Below are positions 7,964-18,604 of a stretch of DNA of 64,000 bases, piece after piece. The stretch's first letter is position 1; every line of letters begins with the position of its first letter. The translations under genes were made by a program, and so were the position numbers. The stretch comes from Candidatus Aminicenantes bacterium (lineage in GTDB: Bacteria > Acidobacteriota > Aminicenantia > Aminicenantales > JAFGBC01), in assembly GCA_963702005.1 (NCBI GenBank), contig OY969696.1, positions 512,001 through 576,000 of the forward strand, written 5' to 3'. The notes beneath the pieces were generated by a model. It was not told the origin of the DNA. It was given only the letters and a program-made list of their open reading frames with translations, and ran no database searches.

Positions 7964-8377
7964 ATGAAGCAGTACGAAACGGGCTTTTTGCTCGCCCCCA
8001 ACCTGACCGATGACGAATCGGAAAAAATCATCCAGCAGATGGCCGAGGTCGTCGCCCAGAAGAACGGGCGGATGACCAGGATCGACCGCTGGGGAAAGCG
8101 CAAGACGGCTTACCAGATCGGGAAATTCGGCGAGGCCAGCTACGTCTTCTTCCACTACGAGGGAAGCGCGGACATCCCCCATGAGCTCCAGCGGCGCTTC
8201 AAGCAGATGGACACCGTTCTCCGCTACCTGACCCTCGCCAAGGACGCCCGCGACAACGTCCGCAAGAAGCGGAAGGCCGAAGCCGAGGCCCGCAAGCGGG
8301 CCCGCGGGCCGGCCGAGGAGGGCGGCGAGCCGGCCGCGGCCGAAGCCGGCGCCAGAGACGCCCGAGAGGAGAAGTGA
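7964..8377 (+). CDS. rpsF: 30S ribosomal protein S6
   Basis: [21 protein letters not shown]. Confidence 0.95.
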   Translation: MKQYETGFLLAPNLTDDESEKIIQQMAEVVAQKNGRMTRIDRWGKRKTAYQIGKFGEASYVFFHYEGSADIPHELQRRFKQMDTVLRYLTLAKDARDNVRKKRKAEAEARKRARGPAEEGGEPAAAEAGARDAREEK

Positions 8378-8378
8378 C

Positions 8379-8663
8379 ATGGTTCGAGACGAACGCAGCG
8401 AAAGGCCCGAGCGGTCCGAACGATCGGAGAGGCCGCCCTACCGGAAATATTTCCCGCCCAAGCGGAAGTTCTGCCGGTTCTGCCAGCGGAACATCAAGAC
8501 GATCGACTACAAGAGCGTCGACATCCTCCGCAAGTACATCCCGGACCGGGGCAAGATTTCCCCCCGGCGCATCACCGGGACGTGCGCCTTCCATCAGCGG
8601 AAGCTGGCCGAGGCCGTCAAGCGGGCGCGGCTGATGGCCCTCGTCCCCTTCGTCGAGGATTGA
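8379..8663 (+). CDS. rpsR: 30S ribosomal protein S18 (Zn-binding type)
   Basis: [23 protein letters not shown]. Confidence 0.96.
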   Translation: MVRDERSERPERSERSERPPYRKYFPPKRKFCRFCQRNIKTIDYKSVDILRKYIPDRGKISPRRITGTCAFHQRKLAEAVKRARLMALVPFVED

Positions 8664-8690
8664 GGCCGGCCGCCCCCCGAGGAGGACTCC

Positions 8691-9167
8691 ATGAAGGTCA
8701 TCCTGAAGCAAGACGTCGAGAACGTGGGGCATCGCGGGGACGTCGTCAACGTCTCCCGCGGCTATGGGAGGAATTTTCTCATCCCGCGCCGGCTGGCGAC
8801 CGAGGTCACGGCCTCCAACCTGAAAACGATCGAGCTTGAGAAGAAGGTCCTCAAGAAGAAGAACGACGAGGAGCGCCTCTCCTTCCAGGGCCTGATCGAG
8901 AAGTTGAACGCTGTGACCCTGACCTTCGTCCGCAAAGCGGGCGAGAAGGACCACATCTTCGGCTCGGTAAGCGCCGGCGACATCAAGGAAGGGCTGGCCG
9001 GACTCGGCTTCGACATCGACAAGAAAAAGATCGGCCTCGACGAGCCGATCAAGCGGCTGGGCCATTTCACCATCCCGGTCAAGGTCTACCACGACGACAA
9101 AGCCGAGATCCGGGTCGAGATCAAGCCCGAGGAAGAGGCGGCCGAAGGAACGACGGCCAAGAGCTGA
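8691..9167 (+). CDS. rplI: 50S ribosomal protein L9
   Basis: MKVILKQDV..G..V..GYGRNFLIP, FGSV. Confidence 0.96.
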   Translation: MKVILKQDVENVGHRGDVVNVSRGYGRNFLIPRRLATEVTASNLKTIELEKKVLKKKNDEERLSFQGLIEKLNAVTLTFVRKAGEKDHIFGSVSAGDIKEGLAGLGFDIDKKKIGLDEPIKRLGHFTIPVKVYHDDKAEIRVEIKPEEEAAEGTTAKS

Positions 9168-9207
9168 CGAGGGCCCGCCGCGGGCCCGGGAACGGGGGAG
9201 GGACGCC

Positions 9208-10569
9208 GTGGACCTCGATTTGATGTTTTTGAAGAAAACGCCTCCGTACAGTCCGGAGGCGGAGCGGACCGTCCTGGGCGGGATTCTGGTCAGCAACCAG
9301 AATCTCAACGTCGTCCTGTCCTTGATCGCGCCCGAGGACTTCTACAAGGAAGCCCACCTCAAGATCCTGGAGCGGATGATCGCCCTCGTCGACAAAGACC
9401 TTCCGGTCGACCTGATCGCCCTCAGCGAGGAATGCCAGCGGGCCGGGATTCTCGAAGAGGTCGGCGGCGCTTCCTACCTAGCCTCCCTCATGGACGGAGT
9501 CCCGCGCAGTCTCAACGTCGAGTACTACGCCCGGATCATCAAGGAGAAGGCCCTCCTGCGCCGGCTCATCCTGTCGTCGGCCCGGATCATCTCCGAGAGC
9601 TACGACCAGAGGGAGGACGCCGACGTCCTTCTCAACGAGGCCCAGACGGCCATCATCGACATCGCGGAGCAAAGAATCAAGCCCGGCTTCGTGCCGCTCC
9701 GGGCTCTGACCGGGCCGACGCTGGGCATCATCGAGAAGCTGGCCCAGCGGCGCGACGCCGTGACCGGGGTCCCCTCCGGCTACCGCTCCCTGGACAACTA
9801 CACGTCGGGATTCCACAGCTCCGAGTTCATCGTCGTGGCCGCCCGGCCCTCGATGGGCAAGACGGCCCTCTGTCTCAACATCGCCCAGCACGTCGGATCC
9901 CGGACCGAATACGCCGCCGGATTCTTTTCGATGGAAATGGCCAAGGAACAGATCGTCATCCGGATGCTCTGCGCCGACGCCAACCTCGACATCCAGAAGG
10001 TCCGCAAGGGATTCATCAGCGAGCGGGAGTTCGAGAAGCTCAAGCTCAGCGCCGAGACGCTCAGCCAGGCCCGGGTCTTCCTGGACGAGACGCCGGCCCT
10101 GACCGTCATGGAGATGAAGGCCAAGGCCCGCCGCCTCAAGATGGAGCGTAACCTCGACATCCTGTTTATCGACTACATTCAGCTCATGCGGGCGGGCGGC
10201 CGCTTCGAAAACCGCAACCAGGAGATGTCCTTCATCTCCCGCTCCCTCAAGGAACTGGCCAAGGAAATCCAGATCCCGGTCGTCGGGATCTCCCAGCTCA
10301 GCCGGGCCCCGGAGAAAAGGGGAGGAGGGAGAGAGCAGCGGCCGCTCTTATCCGACCTGCGGGAATCGGGCGCCATCGAGCAGGATGCGGACGTCGTCAT
10401 CTTCATCTACCGGGAAGAACTCTATAAGCCCGATAACGAAGAGGTGAAGGGCATGGCCGACATTATCATCGCCAAACAGCGGAACGGCCCGGTCGGGGCC
10501 GTCAAGATGGCCTTCCTCCACAATTGCGCCCGGTTCGCGGACGCCGAATTCCAGTACCCGGAGGCCTGA
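9208..10569 (+). CDS. dnaB: Replicative DNA helicase
   Basis: ARPSMGKT, IDYIQLM, SQLSR, DLRESGAIEQDAD, KQRNGP. Confidence 0.97.
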   Translation: MDLDLMFLKKTPPYSPEAERTVLGGILVSNQNLNVVLSLIAPEDFYKEAHLKILERMIALVDKDLPVDLIALSEECQRAGILEEVGGASYLASLMDGVPRSLNVEYYARIIKEKALLRRLILSSARIISESYDQREDADVLLNEAQTAIIDIAEQRIKPGFVPLRALTGPTLGIIEKLAQRRDAVTGVPSGYRSLDNYTSGFHSSEFIVVAARPSMGKTALCLNIAQHVGSRTEYAAGFFSMEMAKEQIVIRMLCADANLDIQKVRKGFISEREFEKLKLSAETLSQARVFLDETPALTVMEMKAKARRLKMERNLDILFIDYIQLMRAGGRFENRNQEMSFISRSLKELAKEIQIPVVGISQLSRAPEKRGGGREQRPLLSDLRESGAIEQDADVVIFIYREELYKPDNEEVKGMADIIIAKQRNGPVGAVKMAFLHNCARFADAEFQYPEA

Positions 10570-10573
10570 CGCC

Positions 10574-11365
10574 ATGCCGTTCTCCCTCCATCGCCGCTAC
10601 ACGATCATATTTCTGGAGCAGCTGGGCGAGGTCGGCATCCTCATCGTCCGTACGCTTCGGAGCATCTTCCGCCGGCGTTGGGAGAGAGGGATGCTCGTCC
10701 GGCAGCTCGAGGAGATCGGCGTCCGCAGCATCCCGGTCGTCTCCCTGACGGCGGCCTTCGGAGGCCTTGTCTTCGGCCTCCAAACCTATATCGGCTTCCA
10801 CCGCTACATCGGGGCGGGCTCCGAGGCCTACGCGGGCCCGATCATCTCTCTGGGGCTGTCCAAGGAGCTCATCCCCCTGCTGGTCGCCATCATGGTCTCG
10901 GGCCGGGTCGGCTCGGCCATGGCCGCCCAGATCGGGACGATGAAGATCACCGAACAGATCGACGCCCTGTTCAGCCTGGGCGCCGATCCCGTCCGCTACC
11001 TCGTCGCCCCCCGGGCGATCGCCAGCGTCATCATGGTCCCCTGCTTGACCATGTTCGGTGACTTGGTCGGTATGGCCGCCGGGTACTTCTACATCGTGAT
11101 CGCCATGGGCGTCAATCGCTATGTCTATCTCCAGAACACGATGCTCTACCTGGAAATCTGGGATGTCGCGACGGGCTTGATCAAGGCCGCCGTCTTCGGG
11201 GCCGTGATCGCCATCGTCGGCTGCTGGCAGGGCCTGAAGACGCGGGGCGGCGCCGAGGGGGTCGGCCGGGCGACGACGCGGACCGTCGTCATCTCGAGCA
11301 TCACGATCCTCATCCTGAACTTCTTCCTGAGCAAGGCCCTGCCGGCCAACCTCAGTCTCAAATGA
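10574..11365 (+). CDS. mlaE: MlaE-family ABC permease
   Basis: GRVGSAMAAQIGTMKITEQIDAL, GGAEGVGRATT. Confidence 0.92.
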   Translation: MPFSLHRRYTIIFLEQLGEVGILIVRTLRSIFRRRWERGMLVRQLEEIGVRSIPVVSLTAAFGGLVFGLQTYIGFHRYIGAGSEAYAGPIISLGLSKELIPLLVAIMVSGRVGSAMAAQIGTMKITEQIDALFSLGADPVRYLVAPRAIASVIMVPCLTMFGDLVGMAAGYFYIVIAMGVNRYVYLQNTMLYLEIWDVATGLIKAAVFGAVIAIVGCWQGLKTRGGAEGVGRATTRTVVISSITILILNFFLSKALPANLSLK

Positions 11366-12114
11366 CCATGATCAGAATCGTCGACCTCCACAGGGCTTTC
11401 GGGAAGAACGAAGTCCTGCGAGGCGTCGACCTCGAAGTCCGCCGCGGCGAGACCATGGTCGTCATCGGGCAAAGCGGCTCGGGCAAGAGCGTCCTTATCA
11501 AGCTCCTGATCGGGCTCCTCAAGCCCGACCGGGGCGAGATCTACGTCGACGGGAGCGAGGTCAGCCGGCTCCGGGGGGACGCCCTCCAGAAAGTGACCCG
11601 GAAGTTCGGAATGCTCTTCCAGGGGGCGGCACTGTTCGACTCGTTGACGGTCGGACAAAACGTTCGGTTCGGCCTCGAGCGCTACACCTCCTACACCAGC
11701 GACGAGATGGACGGGATCGTGACCGACTGCCTGGCCAAGGTCGGGCTGCGCGGCGTCGAGCGCCTGATGCCCCACGAGCTGAGCGGGGGAATGAAGAAGC
11801 GGGTCGGCCTGGCCCGGGCCATCGCCTACAGCCCCGACATCATGCTCTATGACGAGCCCTCGACCGGGATCGACCCGATCCGGGCCGACGCCATCAACGA
11901 CCTCATCAACGTCATGAAAACCGAGCTCCGGGTGACTTCGATCGTCATCACTCACGACATGGTCAGCTCCTACAAGGTCGCCGACCGGATCGCCATGCTC
12001 CACGACGGCCGCATCATCGAAGTCGGGACGCCGCGCGAGATCCAGCACTCACGGAATCCCGTCGTCCAGCAGTTCATCCGCGGGGAGGCGGAGGGACCGA
12101 TTAAGATTTTTTGA
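11362..12114 (+). CDS. mlaF: MlaF-family ABC ATPase
   Basis: GQSGSGKS, FQGAALFDSL, LSGGMKKRV, YDEPSTG. Confidence 0.92.
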   Translation: MTMIRIVDLHRAFGKNEVLRGVDLEVRRGETMVVIGQSGSGKSVLIKLLIGLLKPDRGEIYVDGSEVSRLRGDALQKVTRKFGMLFQGAALFDSLTVGQNVRFGLERYTSYTSDEMDGIVTDCLAKVGLRGVERLMPHELSGGMKKRVGLARAIAYSPDIMLYDEPSTGIDPIRADAINDLINVMKTELRVTSIVITHDMVSSYKVADRIAMLHDGRIIEVGTPREIQHSRNPVVQQFIRGEAEGPIKIF

Positions 12115-12126
12115 AGGGAACGAACG

Positions 12127-13434
12127 ATGAGTCGCGAACTTAAAATCGGAATCTTTCTGGCCTGCACGCTGGCCATCATGGCCGTATTCATCTTCATCGT
12201 CGGGGACTTGGGCCGGCTGTTCCAGAAACCCGGCTATCCCCTGACCGCGACCTTCGACACGGCGGCCGGCGTCGACGTCGGCGTCCTAGTCCGGGTCGCC
12301 GGGATCAAGGTCGGCCGGGTCAAACGGATTGAGCTCGTTGGGACCAAGGCCCGCTTCACCTTGGTCGTCATGCCTTCCTTCCATGTCCCGCGCGGGTCCC
12401 GGGCGACCCAGGCGATCCTGGGGCTCCTGGGCGAAAAGTACATCGAGATCCTGCCCGGCCCCGGTCCGGGCTACTACGAGCCGGGGAGCGAGATCGAGGG
12501 CGTGACGCCGATCAGCTTCGACCAGATCGGGAACCTTTTTCTCTCGATCGGGGGCGAGATTAAAGACCTGAGCGCGACGTTGAAAGAAATGGTGAACGAC
12601 GAATCCCGGAAGAACGTCAAGGACATCCTGCAGAACATGTCGGCTTTCACATCCGATCTCGACGGATTCTTGGCGAAGAATAAGGACGGGCTCAGCCGGT
12701 CGATCCAGGGTTCGAGCCAGGCCGTCCAGGACTTCGACCGGAAGGTCCAGGAAATCTCCGGGGCCATGACCGAAGCCATCGCATCCGTCAAGGGATTGGC
12801 CGAGGACAACAGAGAAAGCGTTCGGACCAGCCTGGACCGGATCAAGGACATCCTGTCCCGGATGGACGAGGTCGTCCGCCTCATGAAGGAGACCCTGGAC
12901 AAGATCGACAAGGGGGAAGGGACGCTGGGAAAGCTCGTCCGCGAGCCCGGCCTCTACGACCGGGTCGAGGAAACCGTGGACAAGGCCCGCTCCGTCCTCG
13001 GCCCCGTTTCGGCCCTGCGGGCGGACCTGGCCTTCAGGACCGACTACTACGGGGAGAGCGACAAGCTCAAGAGCGCGCTGTCCCTGGCCGTCTGGCCGAA
13101 CTCCACGTCCCTCGTCCTGGCCGGCATCGCCAGCGATCCCTGGCGGGACCGATTCACCTATTCACTGCAGGGCGGTCTGCGCTGGAAAAACTTCGTGCCC
13201 CGAGCCGGGATCATCGAGTCCGAGTTCGGGGCCGGCCTCGACTATCTGGCCTTCCGGGACCGCGTCGTCCTCAGCCTGGAGGGTTTCGATTTCAACCGGG
13301 AGCGGAACCCTCGATTCCGCCTATTTGGGCGTTGGACGCCTTTCGAGCATATCTCGATTCTGTTGGGCCTGGACGATGTCGCCGACGAGCGGGCGCGGGA
13401 GGTCTTTTTCGGGTTCGGAATCCACAGCCGATGA
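12127..13434 (+). CDS. mlaD: MlaD/MCE protein with long helical region and beta-rich C-terminus
   Basis: TM anchor, V.VAGIKVGRV, GLLGEKYIEI, GEGTLGKL. Confidence 0.85.
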   Translation: MSRELKIGIFLACTLAIMAVFIFIVGDLGRLFQKPGYPLTATFDTAAGVDVGVLVRVAGIKVGRVKRIELVGTKARFTLVVMPSFHVPRGSRATQAILGLLGEKYIEILPGPGPGYYEPGSEIEGVTPISFDQIGNLFLSIGGEIKDLSATLKEMVNDESRKNVKDILQNMSAFTSDLDGFLAKNKDGLSRSIQGSSQAVQDFDRKVQEISGAMTEAIASVKGLAEDNRESVRTSLDRIKDILSRMDEVVRLMKETLDKIDKGEGTLGKLVREPGLYDRVEETVDKARSVLGPVSALRADLAFRTDYYGESDKLKSALSLAVWPNSTSLVLAGIASDPWRDRFTYSLQGGLRWKNFVPRAGIIESEFGAGLDYLAFRDRVVLSLEGFDFNRERNPRFRLFGRWTPFEHISILLGLDDVADERAREVFFGFGIHSR

Positions 13435-14792
13435 AACACAAGACGGTCTTCATCTGCCAGAGCTGCGGGACGCGCTCTCCCAAGTGGCTTGGCCGCTGCC
13501 CGGGCTGCGGGGAATGGAACACCTTTATCGAAGAAGTCGATGAAGAGCGCATCCCCGCGGCCGAGTCCTCTTTCGCGCCGGCCGAGTCCATGCTCTATTC
13601 CGACATCAAGGAGACCGCGAACCAGCGGCTCGAGATCGATATTCAGGAATTCAACAAGGTCCTGGGCGGGGGCGCCGTCCTGGGCTCGCTCGTCCTTGTC
13701 GGCGGCGAACCCGGAATCGGGAAGTCGACCCTCCTTCTCCAGGCCTCGCGCGACTTCGCCGCCCGGGGCCACAAAGTCCTGTACGTCTCGGGCGAGGAGT
13801 CGCTGGAGCAGATCAAGCTCCGCGGGGACCGCCTCGGCATCGGCGACGGTGAGCTCTACCTCCTGGCCGAAACGAACCTGGAGCGGATCGTGGCTCAGGC
13901 CGAGAAAGTCAGGCCCCGGATCCTCGTCTTGGACTCGATCCAGACCGTTTATTCCGCCAAGCTCAGCTCGGGCCCGGGCACGATCAGCCAGGTCCGCGAG
14001 GTCGCCAACCAGCTCTTCCGCTTCGCCAAGACGAACCAGGTTCCCGCTTTCTTGATCGGCCATATCACCAAGGAGGGGTCGCTGGCCGGGCCGAAGTCCC
14101 TCGAGCACATCGTCGACGTCGTCCTTCTCTTCGAGGGCGAGCGGGACCACAGCTATCGGATCCTGCGGGCCCTCAAGAACCGGTTCGGCCCCGTCTCGGA
14201 GCTGGCTATCTTCGAGATGGGCGCGGCGGGCCTCCAGGCCATCCCGAACCCGTCGGCGTTCTTCCTCAAGGAGCGGCCGGCCGACGAGCCGGGGAGCGTC
14301 GTCGTCAGCACGATCAAGGGATCGCGCCCGCTCCTGGCCGAGATCCAAGCCCTGGTCTCCTCGACCCTGTTCGTGGGAAACCCGCGCCGGATGACGATCG
14401 GCCTCGATCATTTCCGGGCTTCCATGCTCCTGGCCGTCGTTGAGAAGAAGCTCGGGTTCGGGTTCGCCGGCGAGGATATTTACCTCAACGTCGCTGGCGG
14501 CGTCTCCATCGAGGAGCCGGCCGCGGACCTGGCCGTCGTATTGGCCGTCGTCTCCAGCCTCAAGAACAGGCCGATCCCCTACCGGACGGCCGTCTTCGGC
14601 GAGGTCGGACTGAGCGGAGAAGTCCGCTCGGTGGGCCAGCCGCTGGCCCGGCTCAAGGAGGCCGCCTCGCTCGGCTTCGAACGGATCGTCCTTCCCCAGG
14701 GAAACCTCGCCCAGTTGGAAAAGGAGGAAACGCCCGGCCTGGAAGTCCTGGCCGTCCGAGACGTCCGGCAGGCGTTCAAGCTTATCTTTTGA
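13431..14792 (+). CDS. radA: DNA repair protein RadA/Sms
   Basis: C4 zinc finger, [14 protein letters not shown]; start MKHKTVF. Confidence 0.96.
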   Translation: MKHKTVFICQSCGTRSPKWLGRCPGCGEWNTFIEEVDEERIPAAESSFAPAESMLYSDIKETANQRLEIDIQEFNKVLGGGAVLGSLVLVGGEPGIGKSTLLLQASRDFAARGHKVLYVSGEESLEQIKLRGDRLGIGDGELYLLAETNLERIVAQAEKVRPRILVLDSIQTVYSAKLSSGPGTISQVREVANQLFRFAKTNQVPAFLIGHITKEGSLAGPKSLEHIVDVVLLFEGERDHSYRILRALKNRFGPVSELAIFEMGAAGLQAIPNPSAFFLKERPADEPGSVVVSTIKGSRPLLAEIQALVSSTLFVGNPRRMTIGLDHFRASMLLAVVEKKLGFGFAGEDIYLNVAGGVSIEEPAADLAVVLAVVSSLKNRPIPYRTAVFGEVGLSGEVRSVGQPLARLKEAASLGFERIVLPQGNLAQLEKEETPGLEVLAVRDVRQAFKLIF

Positions 14793-14808
14793 TAAAGGAT
14801 TAATAACC

Positions 14809-15798
14809 GTGGGCATCTTAATCTTCCGCTTTTTAATGATCGCCTTCCTGGCCGTCGCCGGCTACTTCTTTCCCCCTTTCTCTTTACAGAAAGAGGTCGG
14901 CGCGGCTGCAGCCGCCCTGCTCGGCTTTGTCATCATGATCCTCGAGATCCGCATTCGCCGGGCCCAGTTCCGGACGATCTGGAGCTCGACGCTGGGATCC
15001 TTCGCCGGTGTTATTATCGGCTGGGGGCTGGGCTCTATCTACCAGAGCATCACCAAGAGTCCCGACACGGCCGTCTTCATCCGGATCTTCTTCCTGATCA
15101 TCATGCCCTACATGGGATTTTTGATCGGAACCCAGAAGTCGGAATGGCTGGACCCGGTCCACTTTTTCCGGTTCGTCCACGAGAAGAGCGTGGGCCGGGC
15201 CTACAAGATCCTGGACACGAGCGTCATCATCGACGGCCGGATCGTCGACATTTGCGATACGGCCTTTGTCGACGGCACCCTGGTCATCCCCCAGTTCGTC
15301 CTCAAGGAGCTCCAGCTGGTGGCCGACTCGGCCGACGGCCTCAAGCGTCAGCGGGGGCGGCGCGGCCTGGACGTCCTGGACCGGCTCCAGAAGTCCGCCC
15401 AGGTCCAGGTTCAGATCGTCGACATCGATTTCCCCGATGTCCGCGACGTCGACTCCAAGCTCATCGAGCTCGCCAAGCACCTCGACGCCAAGATCGTGAC
15501 CAACGACTTCAACCTCAACAAGGTCGCCCGGCTTCAGGGGATCTTCGTTCTCAACATCAACGAGCTCGCCAACGCCCTCAAGCCGATCGTCCTGCCCGGC
15601 GAGACCATGAAAGTCTTCATCTTCAAGGAAGGCAAGGAAAAAGACCAGGGCGTCGCCTACCTCGACGACGGGACCATGGTCGTCGTCGACAACTCGCGCC
15701 GGCTGATCGGTCAGACGATCATGATCACGGTCACCTCGGTGCTCCAGACGACGGTCGGGAAGATGATCTTCGGCCGCTACAACGAAGAAGCCAAATGA
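14809..15798 (+). CDS. Membrane PIN/TRAM-domain protein (YacL-like)
   Basis: [41 protein letters not shown]; radA-yacL-ispD synteny. Confidence 0.92.
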   Translation: MGILIFRFLMIAFLAVAGYFFPPFSLQKEVGAAAAALLGFVIMILEIRIRRAQFRTIWSSTLGSFAGVIIGWGLGSIYQSITKSPDTAVFIRIFFLIIMPYMGFLIGTQKSEWLDPVHFFRFVHEKSVGRAYKILDTSVIIDGRIVDICDTAFVDGTLVIPQFVLKELQLVADSADGLKRQRGRRGLDVLDRLQKSAQVQVQIVDIDFPDVRDVDSKLIELAKHLDAKIVTNDFNLNKVARLQGIFVLNINELANALKPIVLPGETMKVFIFKEGKEKDQGVAYLDDGTMVVVDNSRRLIGQTIMITVTSVLQTTVGKMIFGRYNEEAK

Positions 15799-16460
15799 CG
15801 CGGGTGGCTGTCCTGATCGTCGCCGCCGGCCGGGGCCGGCGCTTCGGCGGGGCCAAGCAGTTCGCTCTTCTCGGCGGACGGCCGGTCATCGCCTGGAGTA
15901 TCGAAGCCTTCGCCCGTCATCCCCGGGTCGACCAGATCGTCCTCGTCCTGCCCGCGGGCGAGGACGGCGCGTCCTTCCGGTCGCTCGATCCCAAGGTCGG
16001 GGCGGTGGTTGAGGGGGGGGCGCGCCGCCAGGATTCGGTCCGGAACGGATTCGGGCGGATCGAGCCGGACGGCGCCGACCTTATCCTCGTCCACGACGGC
16101 GTCAGGCCCCTGGTCGATGCCGCTCTCATCGACCGGGTCCTCGCGGCCGCCGAGGCCGGCGGGGCGGCCGTCCCCGCGCTCGCCATCGAAGACACCGTCA
16201 AAGAAGTCCGGGAGGACAAGATCATCCGGACCCTGAACCGGGACAATCTGATCCGGACCCAGACCCCGCAAGGTTTTAGGTACCAACTCCTGAAGGAAGC
16301 GATCGCCCACGCCCGGAGAACGGGGTACCGGGGGACGGACGAGGCCTCCCTCGTCGAGCATCTGGGCCGGATCGTCATCGTCGTCCCGGGAGATCCCCGC
16401 AACATTAAGATTACGAGGGCCGAGGACCTGGCCCTCGCCGAGGCCTGGTGCCATGCTTAA
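15795..16460 (+). CDS. ispD: 2-C-methyl-D-erythritol 4-phosphate cytidylyltransferase
   Basis: [35 protein letters not shown]. Confidence 0.95.
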   Translation: MTRVAVLIVAAGRGRRFGGAKQFALLGGRPVIAWSIEAFARHPRVDQIVLVLPAGEDGASFRSLDPKVGAVVEGGARRQDSVRNGFGRIEPDGADLILVHDGVRPLVDAALIDRVLAAAEAGGAAVPALAIEDTVKEVREDKIIRTLNRDNLIRTQTPQGFRYQLLKEAIAHARRTGYRGTDEASLVEHLGRIVIVVPGDPRNIKITRAEDLALAEAWCHA

Positions 16461-16959
16461 AATCGGAATCGGCTACGACCTGCACCGGCTCGAGCCGGGC
16501 CGGCCCCTCTATCTGGGCGGCGTCGAGATCCCCCATCCGCGCGGGCTGGCCGGGCATTCGGACGGCGACTGCCTCATTCACGCCGTCATCGACGCCCTGC
16601 TCGGCGCCGAGGGGGAGACCGATATCGGACGGCTCTTTCCCGACACGGACCCCGCGACCAAGGGCGCCCGGAGTACGATCCTGCTCGGGGAGGTCGTCGG
16701 CCGGCTCAAACGGAAGGGATTCCGCGTCGTCCACGTCGACGTCGTCGTCGTCGCGGAGAGCCCCAAGCTCGGCCCCCATTTTCCCCGTATGAAGGACGCG
16801 CTCATCCCGCTGCTGGGAGTGGACGGATCGGGCCTCGGGCTCAAAGCCAAGACGAACGAGACGGTCGGGCTTATCGGCCGCAGGGAGGCCATCGCATGCT
16901 GGGCGGTCGCCCTGGTCGACAAAAAGCGCGGGAAGCATTCCGCGCCCCTCAGAGCTTGA
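16453..16959 (+). CDS. ispF: 2-C-methyl-D-erythritol 2,4-cyclodiphosphate synthase
   Basis: IGIGYDLH, GHSDGD, DIG..FP, KAKTNE. Confidence 0.95.
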   Translation: MLKIGIGYDLHRLEPGRPLYLGGVEIPHPRGLAGHSDGDCLIHAVIDALLGAEGETDIGRLFPDTDPATKGARSTILLGEVVGRLKRKGFRVVHVDVVVVAESPKLGPHFPRMKDALIPLLGVDGSGLGLKAKTNETVGLIGRREAIACWAVALVDKKRGKHSAPLRA

Positions 16960-17057
16960 CGAAACGGGCCAGGAAAAAGAGCGTCGGCGTCTCGGGCCCG
17001 GGGGGAAGCCGGAGGATTAAGCTGAAACGAACGTCTCCGACATCGGGTTCCAAGAAG

Positions 17058-17085
17058 GGAAGATTTGGGGCCGGCCTCCGTCTAA
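17058..17085 (+). promoter_or_regulatory. Candidate ECF-sigma autoregulatory promoter
   Basis: GGAAGA-N16-GTCTAA, 35 nt upstream of the ECF sigma start. Confidence 0.5.
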
Positions 17086-17120
17086 AGGGTGAGACAGAGG
17101 CCGTACCGAATGAGCCGCAG

Positions 17121-17705
17121 ATGGACGAATCCGAACTGGTCGAGAGAGCCCGAAACGGAGATCGGGAGGCCTTCTCCTGTCTCGTGAAAAAGTATGAGGC
17201 GAAAGTGTTCCAACTCGCGTACGGATTGACCCGCAACCGCCAGGCTGCGGACGACCTGGCCCAGGAGGCCTTCATCAAGGCCTATACGGGCCTGTCCAAA
17301 TTCGAGTCGCGATCCGCGTTCGGAACCTGGCTCTACCGGATCACCGTCAATCACGCCAAGGATTATCTCCGCCGAAGCAAGGCCCGTAAAGAGGTCTCCC
17401 TGGACGACCTCAGTCCGGCCGTCCTGGCCGACAACGACGGTCCCGAGCGCGAAGCCCGGCTGCGAGCCCGGGAAAAAACGCGGGAGCTCGTCCTGAGGAT
17501 GATCGGCCTGCTTCCGGAAAAATACGCGAACATCCTGTCCCTGCGGGATCTCCAGGGCCGTTCTTACGAAGAGATCGCCGAGGTTTTGAACATCTCGCCG
17601 GGCACGGTGGACTCCCGTCTCCATCGAGCCCGGAAGCTTCTCCGGAAAAGGCTGGAGCCCTCTCTCCGGCCGCAAGGAGGGAGCCATGAACTGCAAGAGA
17701 GCTGA
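17121..17705 (+). CDS. ECF RNA polymerase sigma factor
   Basis: DDLAQEAFIKAY, FGTWLYRI, SYEEIAEVL..GTVDSRLHRAR; start at MDESEL. Confidence 0.93.
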   Translation: MDESELVERARNGDREAFSCLVKKYEAKVFQLAYGLTRNRQAADDLAQEAFIKAYTGLSKFESRSAFGTWLYRITVNHAKDYLRRSKARKEVSLDDLSPAVLADNDGPEREARLRAREKTRELVLRMIGLLPEKYANILSLRDLQGRSYEEIAEVLNISPGTVDSRLHRARKLLRKRLEPSLRPQGGSHELQES

Positions 17706-18174
17706 AAACCTCTTGGTCCGTTCCTTCGACGGCCCGCTCCCGCCCGGCGAGGCGGACGTCCTGCGCGGCCACCTCGAGGCCTGCCCCGCCTGCCGGAGGC
17801 GGAGCGAGGAATATGATCTGATCCGGGATGCCTTCCGGACCTTCCCCCCGGCCGAGCCGCGGCCCTATTTCTGGGAGCGGTTAAGCGCCCATCTTCCGGC
17901 GGCCGATCTCTCTCCCTGGCCGTCTTGGCGGAAGCTCGGCCTCAAGCTCGTTCCGGCCTGTTTAGCCGTCGTCCTTGTCCTGGGCGCCGCCCTGGCTTTC
18001 CTACGGCCCCAAGCGGCCGCCGAATTGAGCCAGACCGAGATCCTTCTCCGAGGAGAGGACCCCCTCAACGAAACGACGAACATCTTGGACGAAAAGCGCG
18101 CGGAGGACAAGAACATGATGATCTTGTTCGCGTCGCTGGAATTCCAGTCCTCCCCGGGGAGCCGAATGCCATGA
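17686..18174 (+). CDS. Zinc-finger (zf-HC2) transmembrane anti-sigma factor
   Basis: MNC...HLEACPAC (HxxxCxxC) plus TM helix; overlaps the sigma gene. Confidence 0.88.
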   Translation: MNCKRAENLLVRSFDGPLPPGEADVLRGHLEACPACRRRSEEYDLIRDAFRTFPPAEPRPYFWERLSAHLPAADLSPWPSWRKLGLKLVPACLAVVLVLGAALAFLRPQAAAELSQTEILLRGEDPLNETTNILDEKRAEDKNMMILFASLEFQSSPGSRMP

Positions 18175-18604
18175 ATAACAAAGCCCGTTTATGGATCATC
18201 TTCTCCTTCGTGGCCGTCCTCGCCGCCGGGATCGTCGGCGGCCTGTTCCTGGGACGGTCTTGGCCAAGGGGGGGGGCGCCAAGGCCTTCCGCCCGGGTCC
18301 GCCTCCGTCGCTGGACCAGCTGGCCAAGGACCTGGAGCTGACTCCGGCCCAGAAGGAGGAGATCGGAAAAATATTCGAGAGGAACGAAGAACGGATCAAG
18401 GAGCTGCGCTCCCAGATTCACGCCCGCTTGGGGGAAGTCCGGGAGAGGCTCAAGACCGAAATCGAGAACGTCCTGACCCCGCAGCAGAGGGAGAAATTCA
18501 ACGCCCTGCTCGAGCGGCATATGCAGAGGGAGCGGGAGGTCCGGAGGCATGATCCGGACCGCGACTCGCCCCCTCCGGACGAACCGAAAGGAGAACATCC
18601 ATGA
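18171..18604 (+). pseudogene. Spy/CpxP-like periplasmic protein, frameshifted at a G9 tract
   Basis: Signal anchor MNNKARLWII...; LELTPAQ and VLTPQQREKF repeats lie in another frame after 18268-18276; one extra G restores the ORF. Confidence 0.75.

Noticed and set aside
8388-8436. [15 protein letters not shown] repeat at the S18 N-terminus
   Set aside because: Charged low-complexity extensions are common in S18
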